The position numbers and the translations under genes are program-made. From Lytechinus pictus (taxonomy: Eukaryota), in assembly GCF_037042905.1 (NCBI RefSeq), contig NC_087246.1:12214001-12278000 (forward strand): a stretch of 64,000 bases of DNA, given 5' to 3'. The notes below the pieces were generated by a model, which saw only the letters and a program-made list of their open reading frames with translations, ran no database searches and was not told the DNA's origin. Shown here piece after piece: positions 51,876 to 64,000 of this stretch; the first letter of the stretch is position 1; the number at the start of each line of letters is the position of its first letter.

Positions 51876-53360
51876 TGCGTTAGTGTGTCAGGTGTATTTG
51901 AGAGTGTACGCCTGTGAGGGTGTGCGGGTTCGCGCGCGTGTGTGAAGTGCGTGAAGGGGATGGGAGTGTGTGTATGTGGTTTTTTTTTTGTGTTTTTGAA
52001 GGAGTCACGGCTGTAAATATCATAGATACACATGTTTAATAGCAGTAAACAAAAATCCTATGAAATAAGGATTAACTTAGAGACTGACCATCAAAATGTA
52101 ATTTTGACCGCTTCATTTTAGAAATATATAAATGTGTAGAAAGATTGTAATGAGACCTCATTCGTCACCTGAAAAACTGAAAACAGCCCTAATTCTTCCA
52201 CCAGCTGTAGTTTAAAGAAGTGAAATGAAATTTCTTCACCATTTTGGCAAAGGAAGCCAGTAAATTCCATACCTAAAATCAGTTTTAGATGGTGAATCGT
52301 AATGTATACACGTTTGCCAATCGGCTTTATCAAATGACAAATCTTTAAATTCTGTGAATTGGATTGTCTCGAATAACTGCATTTTGCCTTCCTGTTGCAA
52401 TTAAACGTGTAACGCGAGACGTAAGCATCAATATAGAATAAGTGTGGGTGTAATAGTTGTTTGTCTGGGTGTGATAGAGATTAGAGAAGGGTGTGGCGAC
52501 AAACATTAATAAAAGAGGAAGTAAACCTGTATTATCAGAGGCAATGTAAAATAAGTATGGTTGCATGAGAAGCAAAGAGAAATAGTGGTAAGATGCTTTG
52601 TGCATTTAAAGAAAGTGATCGCGGTGACGAATCACAATTTTATGATATTATTGAAGTTTCAGTATCACACTTTATTTCGAGTAACATTAATTAATAGTTT
52701 AAACTATTTATCAAAGTATATACAAGTATTATACAAAAAATAAAAGAGTACTTTCTTGAGCCATATAAACCAAAACTGAAAGCACATCTATCATGAGATG
52801 CGATTACAGCTCATTAGGATGTTTGGCAAGATCTGTGCTGTACCATGGACCCTACCATGGCTGTACCAATGCCAATATAAAATCCTTATTATGACAGTTG
52901 GTGCATTTAATGCCTCATCCAGCGTTTTTGTCTTTTGCAAAACCATAAGCAACGAAGAGAAGACGTGACGAGAGTCTTTGTTCGGTTTCAAATTTAACAA
53001 AGCTTTGATACACGTGGTATAACTACTGGAGCTTCACCGAGAAGTTCTTTACAGAGTCAGATCAATTTCAACGTTCTCCCCTCTGCTAGGCAGCAATTTC
53101 GTTTCATTTCATTTTAGTGAAGAGAAACCAAGGTCATTTCATTTTAGTTTGGTGAAGGGAAATCTGCAAGACTTTTATCACGACTCCTTAGGGAAACTCG
53201 ACCTTGAATATTGAATTGCATTCTGATTTGCATATGAGTTAATTATTGCTTTGAAACCTACCGATTCTCCAGATTTTCTCCAACTTGAATCTATTACATG
53301 AACGTCAGTGTCATGTCAAACATATCGTAAGACGAAAACAAAATTGTAAATTTTGTAACA

Positions 53361-55442
53361 ATGGATCATCAATTTGCACAACTAGCGCCATTTAAGGCAA
53401 CACTTATGATGTGTTTCGTCGTCAGTTTGGGAATATGTTGCAATATTCTACCAATGAATATTCTTCCAAACAGTGACGTTGTTGTCGGAGTATTGAACTC
53501 AGATGACTTAGCTTATACCATATCGTGTGTTGGGGTGATTCTCCTCGCACTGTTTGGAGACATCATCATGGTTCGGTTCATTCGCGGCAAGACTGCGTAC
53601 CATCAGGCTCAAGAAGTATTTTGGCCAGTGAGTTGCCGCCATTGTGCCAAGGCAGTCGGTTTTCAGATAATGGAAAGGAGTCCTGATAATGTAAATACAT
53701 ATCGGCCATACCAAGACAATAATCTTGAAGAATCACATTCCTGTATCACGCAGAGCCCGGATACTCCTGATGATCATCATCATCCAGCTTGTCCTGGGAT
53801 AGAATCACCAAAAACACATGATAGGAAGACAGTCCTCTTCACTGGGTGCCAAGATATAATGACGGATGAGAACCACGCTATGCCTAAATCAACTGATAGC
53901 CAATCTCTCACTGAAAATATAGGTACCAAGCATTCTATGTTTGAGGACTACAAGAAAGTTCATGATAGAGTATCCCAAGGCCTACAAAACACCCACGATG
54001 GGGATTGTCATTCTGCACCGCTGTTTAAGAGACCTCACAAATCTCTTTTGCAAATTTACACAATACTGACGTTCGTTTCCATTGCTAAAATCATCATAGT
54101 GATTATCGCTGATATCATGTGCATCTTGCAACCACATGAAACATACGGTAGGAAAGTCTCATTCGTTGCTCAGGCGGTTGTAAATGGAACGTGTGGAAGT
54201 ATGCTCGTATTATCACTGATATTTTTGAACTCTTATTACGACGCCATCTTCACCAGAAGCGGGAAATTTTGTTACCCTATTGGATTCATGTTCGCTGGTT
54301 GTATTTGGCTTATTATTTCCCAAATAGGATCTCCTTTCGATTCTTCTGACGATGAGCAGCCAAAGCAACCGTGCAAATTGAACGGAAGTTTCGGACAACT
54401 TGTATTTGATTTTGAAGATACAACGGTCTCCTTTGTAGGAGAATGTGGAATAACCGCAGGTGGCATCTTTTGGCATATGTGGAGCAGTACCTTACCAAAA
54501 GGCGTTTTGAAACTCTCACCAGATGCCACTCCTTCATTTGAATATGTGCCTAAACAGCATTCTCAACCAATTTGGAGGAAGATCTACATCTTTGTATCAA
54601 AGTGGATAAACTATCGAAAACCGTTGCACATCTGCGATTCCATTTCTCAAACTGACATAACATCCTTACAAGTACATACTAATAATAGAAAACGGGATCT
54701 GAATAAATTTATTTTGAAACTGTTCCTGGGACTTTTACTTCTTGTTTTGATCAATACAACTACTGTGCCTTTTCTGCGATGGGATAAAATCACTTCACAA
54801 AAATCCCGTTTCTATTTAATAAGGTGTTGTGAGATCGCGTGCGGCATTCCACTCATAGGCACACTCCATTTCCAATCGTTTGTCACGAACAAAAGGTCAC
54901 AAAGTTTCCCCATGAGAAGAGGAATGTCAGTGCTTAATGGACTGACGAGTAGTGATCGCATCCTGCTCCTTGGGTGTGGCGGTATATTCATTCTTAGCTT
55001 ATTTCGCGTCTTTGGGGCTATCACGTTCTTGATCTTTTCGCAAAATGTATCTAACGACGATCAGATATTAAGCTACTTCATGATCCTATTTGCTGTCTTT
55101 AAGATTTACGTGACTTGGCTCATGACGTCATTCTTGTTCATAGCACAACGTCAATATTTTGATGACATTCAGAAGATTAAGTGGACTTTAATCTGTTCCA
55201 TGTGCACAGGAATGTTTAGCGTCACCGTTTGGGTATTGGGAAACACAAGCATTCATCCATGGGTTGGATTACAATTATTCATCGGAAAGGAAAATGGGTG
55301 GTATTTTGGAAAAATTATGGACCCCCTTGTGAGTTTATATGGTATCCATTCTTCTTTAGTTGCACTTAAGACATTAAAAGAAATATACCATGAGGGAATG
55401 CGTGTTTGCGACAAGAAAGACAGTTTCTACAATTTCGCATAG
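53361..55442 (+). CDS. Divergent otopetrin-like (proton channel family) multi-pass membrane protein, intronless CDS
   Basis: 693-aa ORF with about 12 hydrophobic segments in two halves; SFVGECGITAGGIFWHMW resembles otopetrin TM6 (PxxIEYSLxxxxxLYxMW); PLVSLYGIHSS resembles TM12 PLxIFYRFHS. Confidence 0.72.
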   Translation: MDHQFAQLAPFKATLMMCFVVSLGICCNILPMNILPNSDVVVGVLNSDDLAYTISCVGVILLALFGDIIMVRFIRGKTAYHQAQEVFWPVSCRHCAKAVGFQIMERSPDNVNTYRPYQDNNLEESHSCITQSPDTPDDHHHPACPGIESPKTHDRKTVLFTGCQDIMTDENHAMPKSTDSQSLTENIGTKHSMFEDYKKVHDRVSQGLQNTHDGDCHSAPLFKRPHKSLLQIYTILTFVSIAKIIIVIIADIMCILQPHETYGRKVSFVAQAVVNGTCGSMLVLSLIFLNSYYDAIFTRSGKFCYPIGFMFAGCIWLIISQIGSPFDSSDDEQPKQPCKLNGSFGQLVFDFEDTTVSFVGECGITAGGIFWHMWSSTLPKGVLKLSPDATPSFEYVPKQHSQPIWRKIYIFVSKWINYRKPLHICDSISQTDITSLQVHTNNRKRDLNKFILKLFLGLLLLVLINTTTVPFLRWDKITSQKSRFYLIRCCEIACGIPLIGTLHFQSFVTNKRSQSFPMRRGMSVLNGLTSSDRILLLGCGGIFILSLFRVFGAITFLIFSQNVSNDDQILSYFMILFAVFKIYVTWLMTSFLFIAQRQYFDDIQKIKWTLICSMCTGMFSVTVWVLGNTSIHPWVGLQLFIGKENGWYFGKIMDPLVSLYGIHSSLVALKTLKEIYHEGMRVCDKKDSFYNFA

Positions 55443-58349
55443 ACATTATACCATTGTATATACCCTAGATTATCTGTATGATATTGCTGCATAAGCCCAA
55501 CACTTTCCGAGTTGATCTGCTTCTCTTAAATGAGTAATGTTATGCATAATTCACAGAAAAATTGCATGTTATTTACATTACGAATCATAATTGCATTTAT
55601 AACTGCAATTGTATGAATTCATTGTGAAAAAAATCAATTACCTAACACTGTAGAATGCAATTGATTTAAAAGAATTCCTAGTCTCGTGTAAAAGTATAGC
55701 TCCGCCTTTCTGGCAAGCTTCAGTCGACCGAGGGCTGATGTCAGTCGCTGCAAATATCTTGTAAATTGAAGATATTAGGGAGATTTTAATTAGCGACGTA
55801 AGGAGAATTCAAGAACATGGTAAATGTATTGCAAAATGCATGTCAAAATGACAAAGAACAGCTGGGAGTTCTTTGCCGAGTATTGGTGAACCAGAACCGC
55901 AGTTTCACAATAAGTTTTATAGCTGACGATTTTTTTTTCGCTTATCCAAAATCAAAGAGTAAACTGTCGTTTTTTAGTCTCTAATTGTCGACAAAGACTC
56001 CTTTTTTGTTCTTGTCACACTGGGTATTTGGCAATATGTTTCCTCTATTCTCAAATCCATCGTACGTCGCTGAGTGAAAACAGGGTATTTTAGCAATCAC
56101 TTCACAGACGCTTTCTATAACGCAGAGAATCTTTTGTCAAAAACCCTTTATAAACAAAGCAGCCTTCGTTGAAAATCGGTGAATAAAAACAGCATTGCCT
56201 TCTTTGACTCTCGGCAAAGGACGTGTTTGCAATTTTTTCCGGTCCGAATCTTAAGACGATGTGGTGTCCTGGTTAACCAACTTTATTGTGATTTTACGGG
56301 CATTTCAATAGATTCTCAACGTTGAAATGAGCGTCTGCGAAGTGGATGCTAAAATACGCTACTCCCATATACATGATATATATATTGTGAATACGGTGAC
56401 ACCGCCGGCGAAGAGGGGGACACCACTTCTAGCAGAGCCTTGCACTCAAGTAATCCTGGCGGCACACACTTTAATGTAGTGACTCAAGCAATAGATTTTA
56501 ATTGGCTGATGAAATTTAAACGATCAATTTATTGTTCAATTAAATTCAAGTGAATATTAATTTTCTTACCATTTACATTCTTGTTAGAAAATAAAGAATA
56601 TGAATTTATAAATTATGTGTACTGGAGAAGGTAATAATTAATCATCGGGAACAGGAGCTTATGACGTGATACACCTGTAATACTTAAACTAAACAACATA
56701 TTACAATAAAATGCAATTTCAAAAAGTTACCAGTAACTAACAATACCTTCATTTATCATTTATTCACTTCTTTTAAACTGTAACTTAAACGAATTAGTTA
56801 ATCCAAATGCATACATAATTATGTATTTTGTAATTATACTGTTGAGGTTCTTTGTATATAGTAATTGGAATATACACTTATGTTTTGCAATTATACCGTT
56901 GATATTCATTTTATATTGATATGTTTTGATGTAAATTGGAAATAAATTGATTTAGTTGAATTCTGTATATATTTTTAAATAAAACAAGTATTATATTGTG
57001 TTTAGGCCTGACGAAGAGCAGCAGAACGGAAAGCTTGTGTGAATAAAAATTAGGAAAAATTGTATTGATATTAATCGATAACGATATAGCTTTGACCCTT
57101 CCTGGACAATTGCCTTTAATATGACTATAGAATGGCTGCTGTCCGCTAGTACCAATTATTATAATAGTCATCCTTTGATTTTTTTTAACAGTAACAAAGC
57201 ATTTTATATGTTGAAAGCTATTGAAATTATATCTGAATTTATGATTCACGGGGGTAAATCCGTGACGTCATGCTATTCAAGTGGGGGATGGAACAATAGA
57301 TTATCCCCCCTGAAATAGGCGTGACGCAAGGATTTACGCCAGTGTTATGATTGATATAATGTTGTCTTACCTCAAGAACGATTCGACGTCTGTACACCTC
57401 AGGTTGTTCTATGCTCACAATTACTTTTGATAAGTAGCAACACAGAAGAAACACAGTACCAAATCGTCCACCTATGTTCATCTCTGCTATATTTCCTAAC
57501 GAATTTTATTGAAAATGTACTCTAAAGTCCAAGTATAGATCCTATTTTGGTAAAAGCACACCTTTTGGTAAAAGCAGACCCTAGCTGATAAACCGTTTAT
57601 ATAGAACGTCTTTGCAAAAATGATGATATATGGCGCTAGATTACACCAAGTATGTTTACTTCTCCTTTTCATTTAATGAAAGTAGACAATTTGCACAATC
57701 ATGATGGATCGATTTATGGCTATATTCTTCAAGATTCGTAAACAAAAGAAAGGTGTTTCTCGGTTCTTTGGAAATCGATAAGGGGCAGATTTTTAAATGG
57801 TTCTCCATAGAGTTTTTGTTTGATATAGTCTCAGGATCTATACGCACTCGAAGGTAGGGAGATATCTCCGAGTTTCACCCTCCAGTAACATGATGTAACA
57901 TCTTCTTTTCGTTGTTGTGTTTTCATTCTTAGGTCTGGAACAAGGCAGAGCTGTTATTTATGGTTACACCATCATAAATAATACCATGTTATAGGTTGAT
58001 ATATGTGTGCGTGTGTATATAGTTAGGCCTTATAAACGGACACGGGGACGTATTATTTTGGACACTGTCAGGCTAAGAGACACCTTTCTTTTAAAGTGTC
58101 CGGTTTAATGTTGTCGCCAAGTAGGCCCTAAATGAAATTGTGTATTAACTTTAAATGACTATTTTCGGACCTATGAATTTCGTTGCTGTTGACTATTTCC
58201 GGTTTGATCCTCCATGATCAAGGCGTCTTTTGGGAATATGGAGTCAGGCGAGTTCGCCAGAACTTTCAAATATATGGTTTTCTACAGGAAAGGATTCCTG
58301 TTACTCCTCAAAGGTTCAAGGTGAGCTACGTCCTTACATCGCGGATACA

Positions 58350-59020
58350 CAAAGCAGAGCGATACTACATGTATAGACGCCGCTTTTCCGACGGCGGCGT
58401 CGTCAACATGAAATCATAACCAAGTTTTTGAAATGTCGTCATAACTTTGAAAGTCTATGGATCTAGTTCATTTTACTTGGACATACGTGTACTGGTTTTT
58501 CACTGAACATTCTGCCCGAGTAGCGGGTCACACGACCAAGTTCAAAGGCCGGGTAATTTTGGGTCAACAAACTTTGGCAATGTTTGGGGTATTGGTTGAA
58601 TTGCCATCACAACTTTGAAAGTTTATGGATATAGTTCATGAAGAGTAATCAAGTATCATTGAACATACTGCGTGAGATTCAGGTCACATGACCAAGGTCA
58701 AAGGTCATTTATGGTCAATGAACTTTGGCCATGTCTGGGGGTATTGTTGAATTGCCATCATAACTTTGAAAGTTTATGGATATAGTTCATGAAACTTGGA
58801 CATAAGAGTAATCAAATATAATTTATTGTTTTGCACGAGTCTTAGGTTACATCATGATCAAGGTCAAAGATTATTTAGGATCAATAAATATAGTCTTTTA
58901 TTGTCATATGAATGGTGTGTTTGTGAATAACTTTTTAATAGTCGTTTTTAAAACCAGCCCTGCTTCTACGGTATATTGAATCGCGCAATGCAGGCGAGAC
59001 TGCCAGATGCGTTCTACTTG
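58350..59020 (+). mobile_element. Diverged HINE copy of the 32155-33120 family
   Basis: Shared GCCGCTTTTCCGACGGCG, CAAGGTCAAAGGTCA tandem units and 3' ATGCAGGCGAGAC...CTTGTT. Confidence 0.75.
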
Positions 59021-60195
59021 TTTCAATATACATTCTGTTGCTTGAATATCAGAGTTTCAGAATTTATTCAAAGTTCGAAAATTCACGTTGGCCTATATAT
59101 TACTTCACCTTAACCACTCTTACATTACCCGCCCCGTGATTATGCTTATCTGTTGTTAATACGCATCATTGGTACTTCTCATATCATCCTGGTATAACTT
59201 CAAGCCACTACCGGAGTCACCCCGAGTCAACCTTGTGAAATTATACACATCAAAATGACTGTGGGGAAACTGCTGGAGAGGATATTGCCTCGTGGACGAT
59301 TGAAAGTTTTGTAATTTGTTTGCATTGAGATGGAAATAGGAATAAGTAACTTTTCCATGGAAGACCAATAAGCAAACTTGAACATTCTACAGATCTGGGA
59401 CGCACTGGGTATTATTGATTTCGTATCCATTTCCTTCCATGACGTTTTCAAAAGCAATTGTATATTTTGCTCATACTATAGCTTCATTAACAAATTTCTA
59501 GTCATGTGGATTTCTAGATATCTGAAAAAAACCTCATATTTGAATAAAACATAAGAAGAAAGAAATGACCAAAACATATTGAATTTCCTAATACACAAAT
59601 GGACCTGATTGATGTGATAAAAAATGATAACACATAAAAATTCTTTGAATATTCTCATTAATCTATTTCGCAACCATTGAAATGGTCATCTGTCGAATTC
59701 AAATGATACATGGCTATACAAACAAGATAAATACATATGTAAAAATGATCGACCTGAAACCAGATCAACTTTGACACTTAATTCGATAGAGATCATCACT
59801 GAAATATATTTGATTTACAAGCTTAGCCAGCCAAATTTAAAACAAAAATCCACAATAGACAAGATCAGTTAATGAAATAGGTTTCTAAGATGAGGCGAAT
59901 TGAAAAAAAGTCGTGAAGTTCGCAAACAGTGATCGCAATTTCACGACACAATTCGATTGTAAACCATCAGACTTTTTGGTCACTATTATAAAGACTTTGC
60001 TATAAACTGAAACTAATAACCAAAAAAGGAGAATGATGTGACAAAAATTCACCAAACTTGTGACTGGCGAAACTACTTATGTAAAGTGGTTAAATTGATG
60101 AACAGTGGGACGGTGGGAAATCATGACCACCATAGATTTCGGTAATAAGCGATTCATTTCGGATGATTTATCAGATTAATGTTCATGACGATCAA

Positions 60196-60355
60196 GGTCC
60201 GTTTCATAAAGAGTTATAACTGTTGTATCTTTGCCATTATGGCAACTACCATGCATGGTAACCTTGATTATGATTGGCTGCTGAGACCCGTTGCCATGGT
60301 ATTTGCCATAATGGCAAACTTACAACAGTTGTAACTCTTTATGAAACGGTCCCCA
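60196..60355. mobile_element. Palindromic MITE, same family as 19230-21828
   Basis: CCGTTTCATAAAGAGTTA / TAACTCTTTATGAAACGG. Confidence 0.75.
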
Positions 60356-61132
60356 GGTGAATATTTCTTCTCCAAAATAGCATTGCTCAATTACCTACTC
60401 AAATTGGAGCAGATCAAGTTTTAGAGGGCCAATTCGTATAAGTACTCTGGTCTTTTATAAAAATAGCTAGATTTTAGTAAGAATGACGGGAATCTTGTAT
60501 ATTGTTTGAAATATTCCCTCCTCACTGCGAAAAAAAAGTATTTTAAAGAATAGAGATAAGGTAAAGTTTCCCTCTTATAGGTATCAATTTAAAGTGGGTC
60601 GATCTATATTAGAGTATATGCAATAACTGAATATTTTTTTGTCAGCCATGCAGTTGACAATTGACAGTCATTTTGAAATATCCCACTGAATACCTATCAA
60701 CAGTGAATATAAATTAAATCATACTGGAATGCAACAAGGAAAGTCTAGGCTTTTGATAGAATTGTTTCTCCAACATTGACTCGATCATTTTACATCGTAC
60801 ATTGGACACAGTGTTGCAAAAACGTTAATGGTGTAATGATAACTCGGCTTCATATAATTATGTATGACAAAAAATTAAGTTGTCTTGTACGATTTTAATT
60901 CACGACAGATTGAATAATCAATGATTGCCTCTTTGATTGTAAAAGAATTGCAGTGTACTCAATATGGATTAATTTGTGCAAGATGATCTTCCACTGTCTT
61001 AAACAAGTTTAGGGATCCGGTTTATATGGATCATCGACTTAAAAACGTATCGAATAAACCTTTTATCTATTTACCTCCGATCTACAGTTGTTTACTTTGA
61101 AAAACATATTGAAAAACCGAAATATTTTGGCA

Positions 61133-61333
61133 CACTGCAAAAACGCCGGGAGAGATGAGATGTTAAAACAACACCGGTTTGGCGTTAGGCTAACACCATT
61201 TTGACATTTTAAGCAACACCATAGTGACTAATATCAGTTTGATTATTAACTAATGTTGTTTCAACACTTCTCTGGTGTGGACCGATAAAGATACCAAGCT
61301 GTTGTTAAAATTAACACCGGCGTTTTTGCAGTG
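61133..61333. mobile_element. EnSpm/CACTA-like MITE
   Basis: Perfect TIR CACTGCAAAAACGCCGG / CCGGCGTTTTTGCAGTG, 2-bp TSD CA, AACACC subterminal repeats. Confidence 0.75.
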
Positions 61334-62464
61334 CAGTTTTCATCATTCAATATTCATGTTTCTAGATTGTATTACCAGCAATAATTTTTTTTAACGGATG
61401 CATTATTTTTTTTACCAGACGCATGAAATTGAATTTCTTTTTTTTTGTGATTTTTTTTTTCTTTATTAAAAAAAAATACATTAATAAAAAAATAAAAAAT
61501 AAAAAATAAAAATGTAATTTTTTTTTCTTTTAAATTAAAAAAAAAATTAAAATATTTTTTTTTCTCATGCAACCAGTAAAAATTCTAGCATAGCTCTCAA
61601 ACAATCAGATTGCAGGGATTTCGATACCCATTCTATAATATAAGATATACTGATTTATAAGCATTCTCCTTCTTAACTCGTTTTTCTTTACCTTTCTTTT
61701 TCTCGACCGTGGAAGTTTTGGTGTGGTGTGATGTTGACCCCCCCCCCCTTGGTACACCAGTGCCTATTAGTGAAAATGTTAGACTTTTTAGGACCCATGT
61801 ATTTTAAAACTACTTGGATAACTCAAGGAGGTTCACTCACTTCTAAAAAAAAAGGAATTTAGAAATGTTAAATTATGTGAATCATAAACATCCAAAAATG
61901 ACACTTTGCATCACTTCTTTTTTTAATATACTTGCAACAATTCATAATTAGTCGCGTAATCTTCAATGTCTAATCAATTCAAATTCGATTTTATTTCCAA
62001 CAGAACATACTTTATAACAAATTATTTTCGTACATGTCTATACGCCTAGATGAATATTTTGTTAGGTTAAGTACTTAGCTTTATAATATTTAAATTCAAT
62101 TCTTTATCCCTTTGTAAAGAATATGTCTATATTAAAAAACAATACATGAAATGGGATGTCTGAACATAATTATATATTTCAACTAAATATGTGTAAGCAA
62201 TACATATTTTTATAGTAGCCTACACTAAAACTGTCATGTTAGTGATTTTCTCAGTGGGCTCAATCAGGTTCGGCCGGGGAGGTAAGGAGCATTTCAGGGT
62301 GTTTGGTGATATTTCCCGCTCAACATTCTGATTAAAGGCGAATGCTAAAGTATATTAAGCTCAATCTAAAACATATCCACATCGTGAATTGATCAAGTAG
62401 GTCCCTAGTTAATAATGCAAATTACGTTTCACAATAGCAATACTTTTTAGTCGGAAGATGTATC

Positions 62465-63211
62465 CTACCTGTTGTAAGCACATTCTGCAGGTGTTTGAGG
62501 ATTACGAAATGGGGTCATTAACCATGATCTTTGCGGGTAACCAGAGTCACAAAGAATGACACCTTCCAATTCACCACGCTGGAACGATTGTCCTACTGCT
62601 GAATTCTCGAAGACTCTGCTGTCATGCACAGATCCTGGCCACCGTGCACTTACATTGATGATGTTGTACTTGGCATCACTTAATATGTACTGAACATTGA
62701 TGCTGTGCCATCCTTTCCTGTTGATGAAGGCGTATTCAGTGTCCCCCAAAGGGCTGCCATCAAGCCAAATATGAGTACAGTCCGACGACCATGGGAAATC
62801 CACTCATCTCCATGAACTCCCTCTGCTTTTCAACCACTGGCCGCCATGTTATCACTTCATCTTTCAAGTTTGCCAGAGCTTCGGAAACTCTAGCAACTAT
62901 TCTGCACACGCTATAACTGAAGAAACACCATGCTCCTTCTGGACACTGGAGTAAAAGTCGGATGTTGCATAAAAGTTTAGAGCAACAAACACCTGCAGCC
63001 TTAAGTCTATGGAATAACTCCTCTCTGTCAAAGACAAAGGGGCTATGCGGTCCTGAATTAGGTCGATGATCCTCATCACCCCTTGCCGAGTGAAACGGTA
63101 GTACTTATGCATCTTCTTATCGTTTAATATATCCAAGGGATTGGTCCTATCCCTGAAGACACGCTCTCGATTGAGCGCTCGAGCGTTGTTAACGTACAGA
63201 AGAAGAGCCAT
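62465..63211 (-). pseudogene. PIF/Harbinger (HARBI1-like, DDE_Tnp_4) transposase pseudogene
   Basis: ERVFRDRTNPLD...YRF, DCTHI, NRKGWHSINVQ, ARWPGSVHDSRVF, DSGYP, LMTPFRNP motifs; two frameshifts between 62780 and 62900; C-terminal part not found. Confidence 0.88.
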
Positions 63212-64000
63212 GATGAGATAAACTTATGAAAACTATTCAAAAATCTAAAATTGTAGAGAGCAGAATGTCTACACGGTCGAATGTCAAGAAAGTAGTATCG
63301 GCAAAGTGTTGGCGCCAAAACATGACCTTGGGACAGAAAGTTACGTTTTTGAACCCATCGCAGCCCTGCGATCTCTTTTTGGGCATCTGCTGAGATGAGC
63401 CGCGATGGGTTAACGATGGATGAACCCGTCGCAAGAGTTTCGTGAAATCGAAAAGCAACCCATCGCCCATGGGCGATGGGTTTGCGAAGTTGCGATTTCT
63501 ATTTCTGTACAGAGTGCATATTTTTTCTGGGGGGGGGGGGGGGTGTGCATTACAAGGGCAAGGGGCAATTGCCTTCATGGTTTTTTCAATTAGAGTAGGA
63601 AACATGCAACCCCCCCCCCTTGTAGCCTGAATTAACCATGGATGTCCTAAAACCTCATTCTTTTGAAAACTATTTTTCCCGAAAATAACCTCCAATTCTG
63701 CCACAAGAATGACAGAGAATCTTTTGTTCTAAACATGTTTGAAAGGCTGTGAAAATTATGAAGCTTTTAGTTTTGTGCATTACCTAGTTGCGGGATGTGC
63801 ACAAAAAATAGCCCAAATATGTTATTAATACAAGACTGAAAAGACAAATTAGTTCCTTCCAAGTTTTCACGCAGTGTAAAGAAAATAAGAACAAGGGAGA
63901 GTGAAAATAATAAAAGTTATAGAAATAGCTTGGTCTTATATCATTTGTCGTTAAAAGTAAATCAAACTCACCCTGAGGTCATCTAAACATCTTTATAGAA

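Noticed and set aside
63237-63704. 155-aa ORF as the Harbinger Myb-like partner
   Set aside because: Spans the junction with an unrelated dispersed repeat and lacks a Myb/SANT tryptophan pattern

Overview
AT-rich, repeat-dense genomic DNA of an invertebrate animal with spliceosomal introns. The gene and repeat content suggests a sea urchin or other echinoderm (inference). Recognisable genes: MED15 exons 1-2 (minus, continuing off the left end); a 329-aa secreted prohormone/granin-like protein (minus); neuferricin/CYB5D2 (plus, 3 coding exons); a short-collagen CTHRC1-like gene (minus, 3 exons seen); and an intronless, divergent otopetrin-like channel (plus). Mobile DNA includes a decayed Gypsy gag/protease, a broken Harbinger transposase, Helentron-type HINEs, SINEs and many nested MITEs. 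Main discovery, absent from the ORF track: a predicted micro-exon gene at 41.8-50.9 kb. It has a TATA box and Inr, a signal-peptide exon, ten tandemly amplified frame-symmetric 33-36 nt exons (consensus PVDVEESLLLGN) and a terminal exon with stop and AATAAA, predicting a 155-aa acidic secreted protein. Also notable: four identical 72-nt cloverleafs with a UCA (UGA-reading) anticodon carried inside nested transposons, and two copies of an apparent 7SL (Alu-domain)-headed SINE. All calls were made by eye, without searches.
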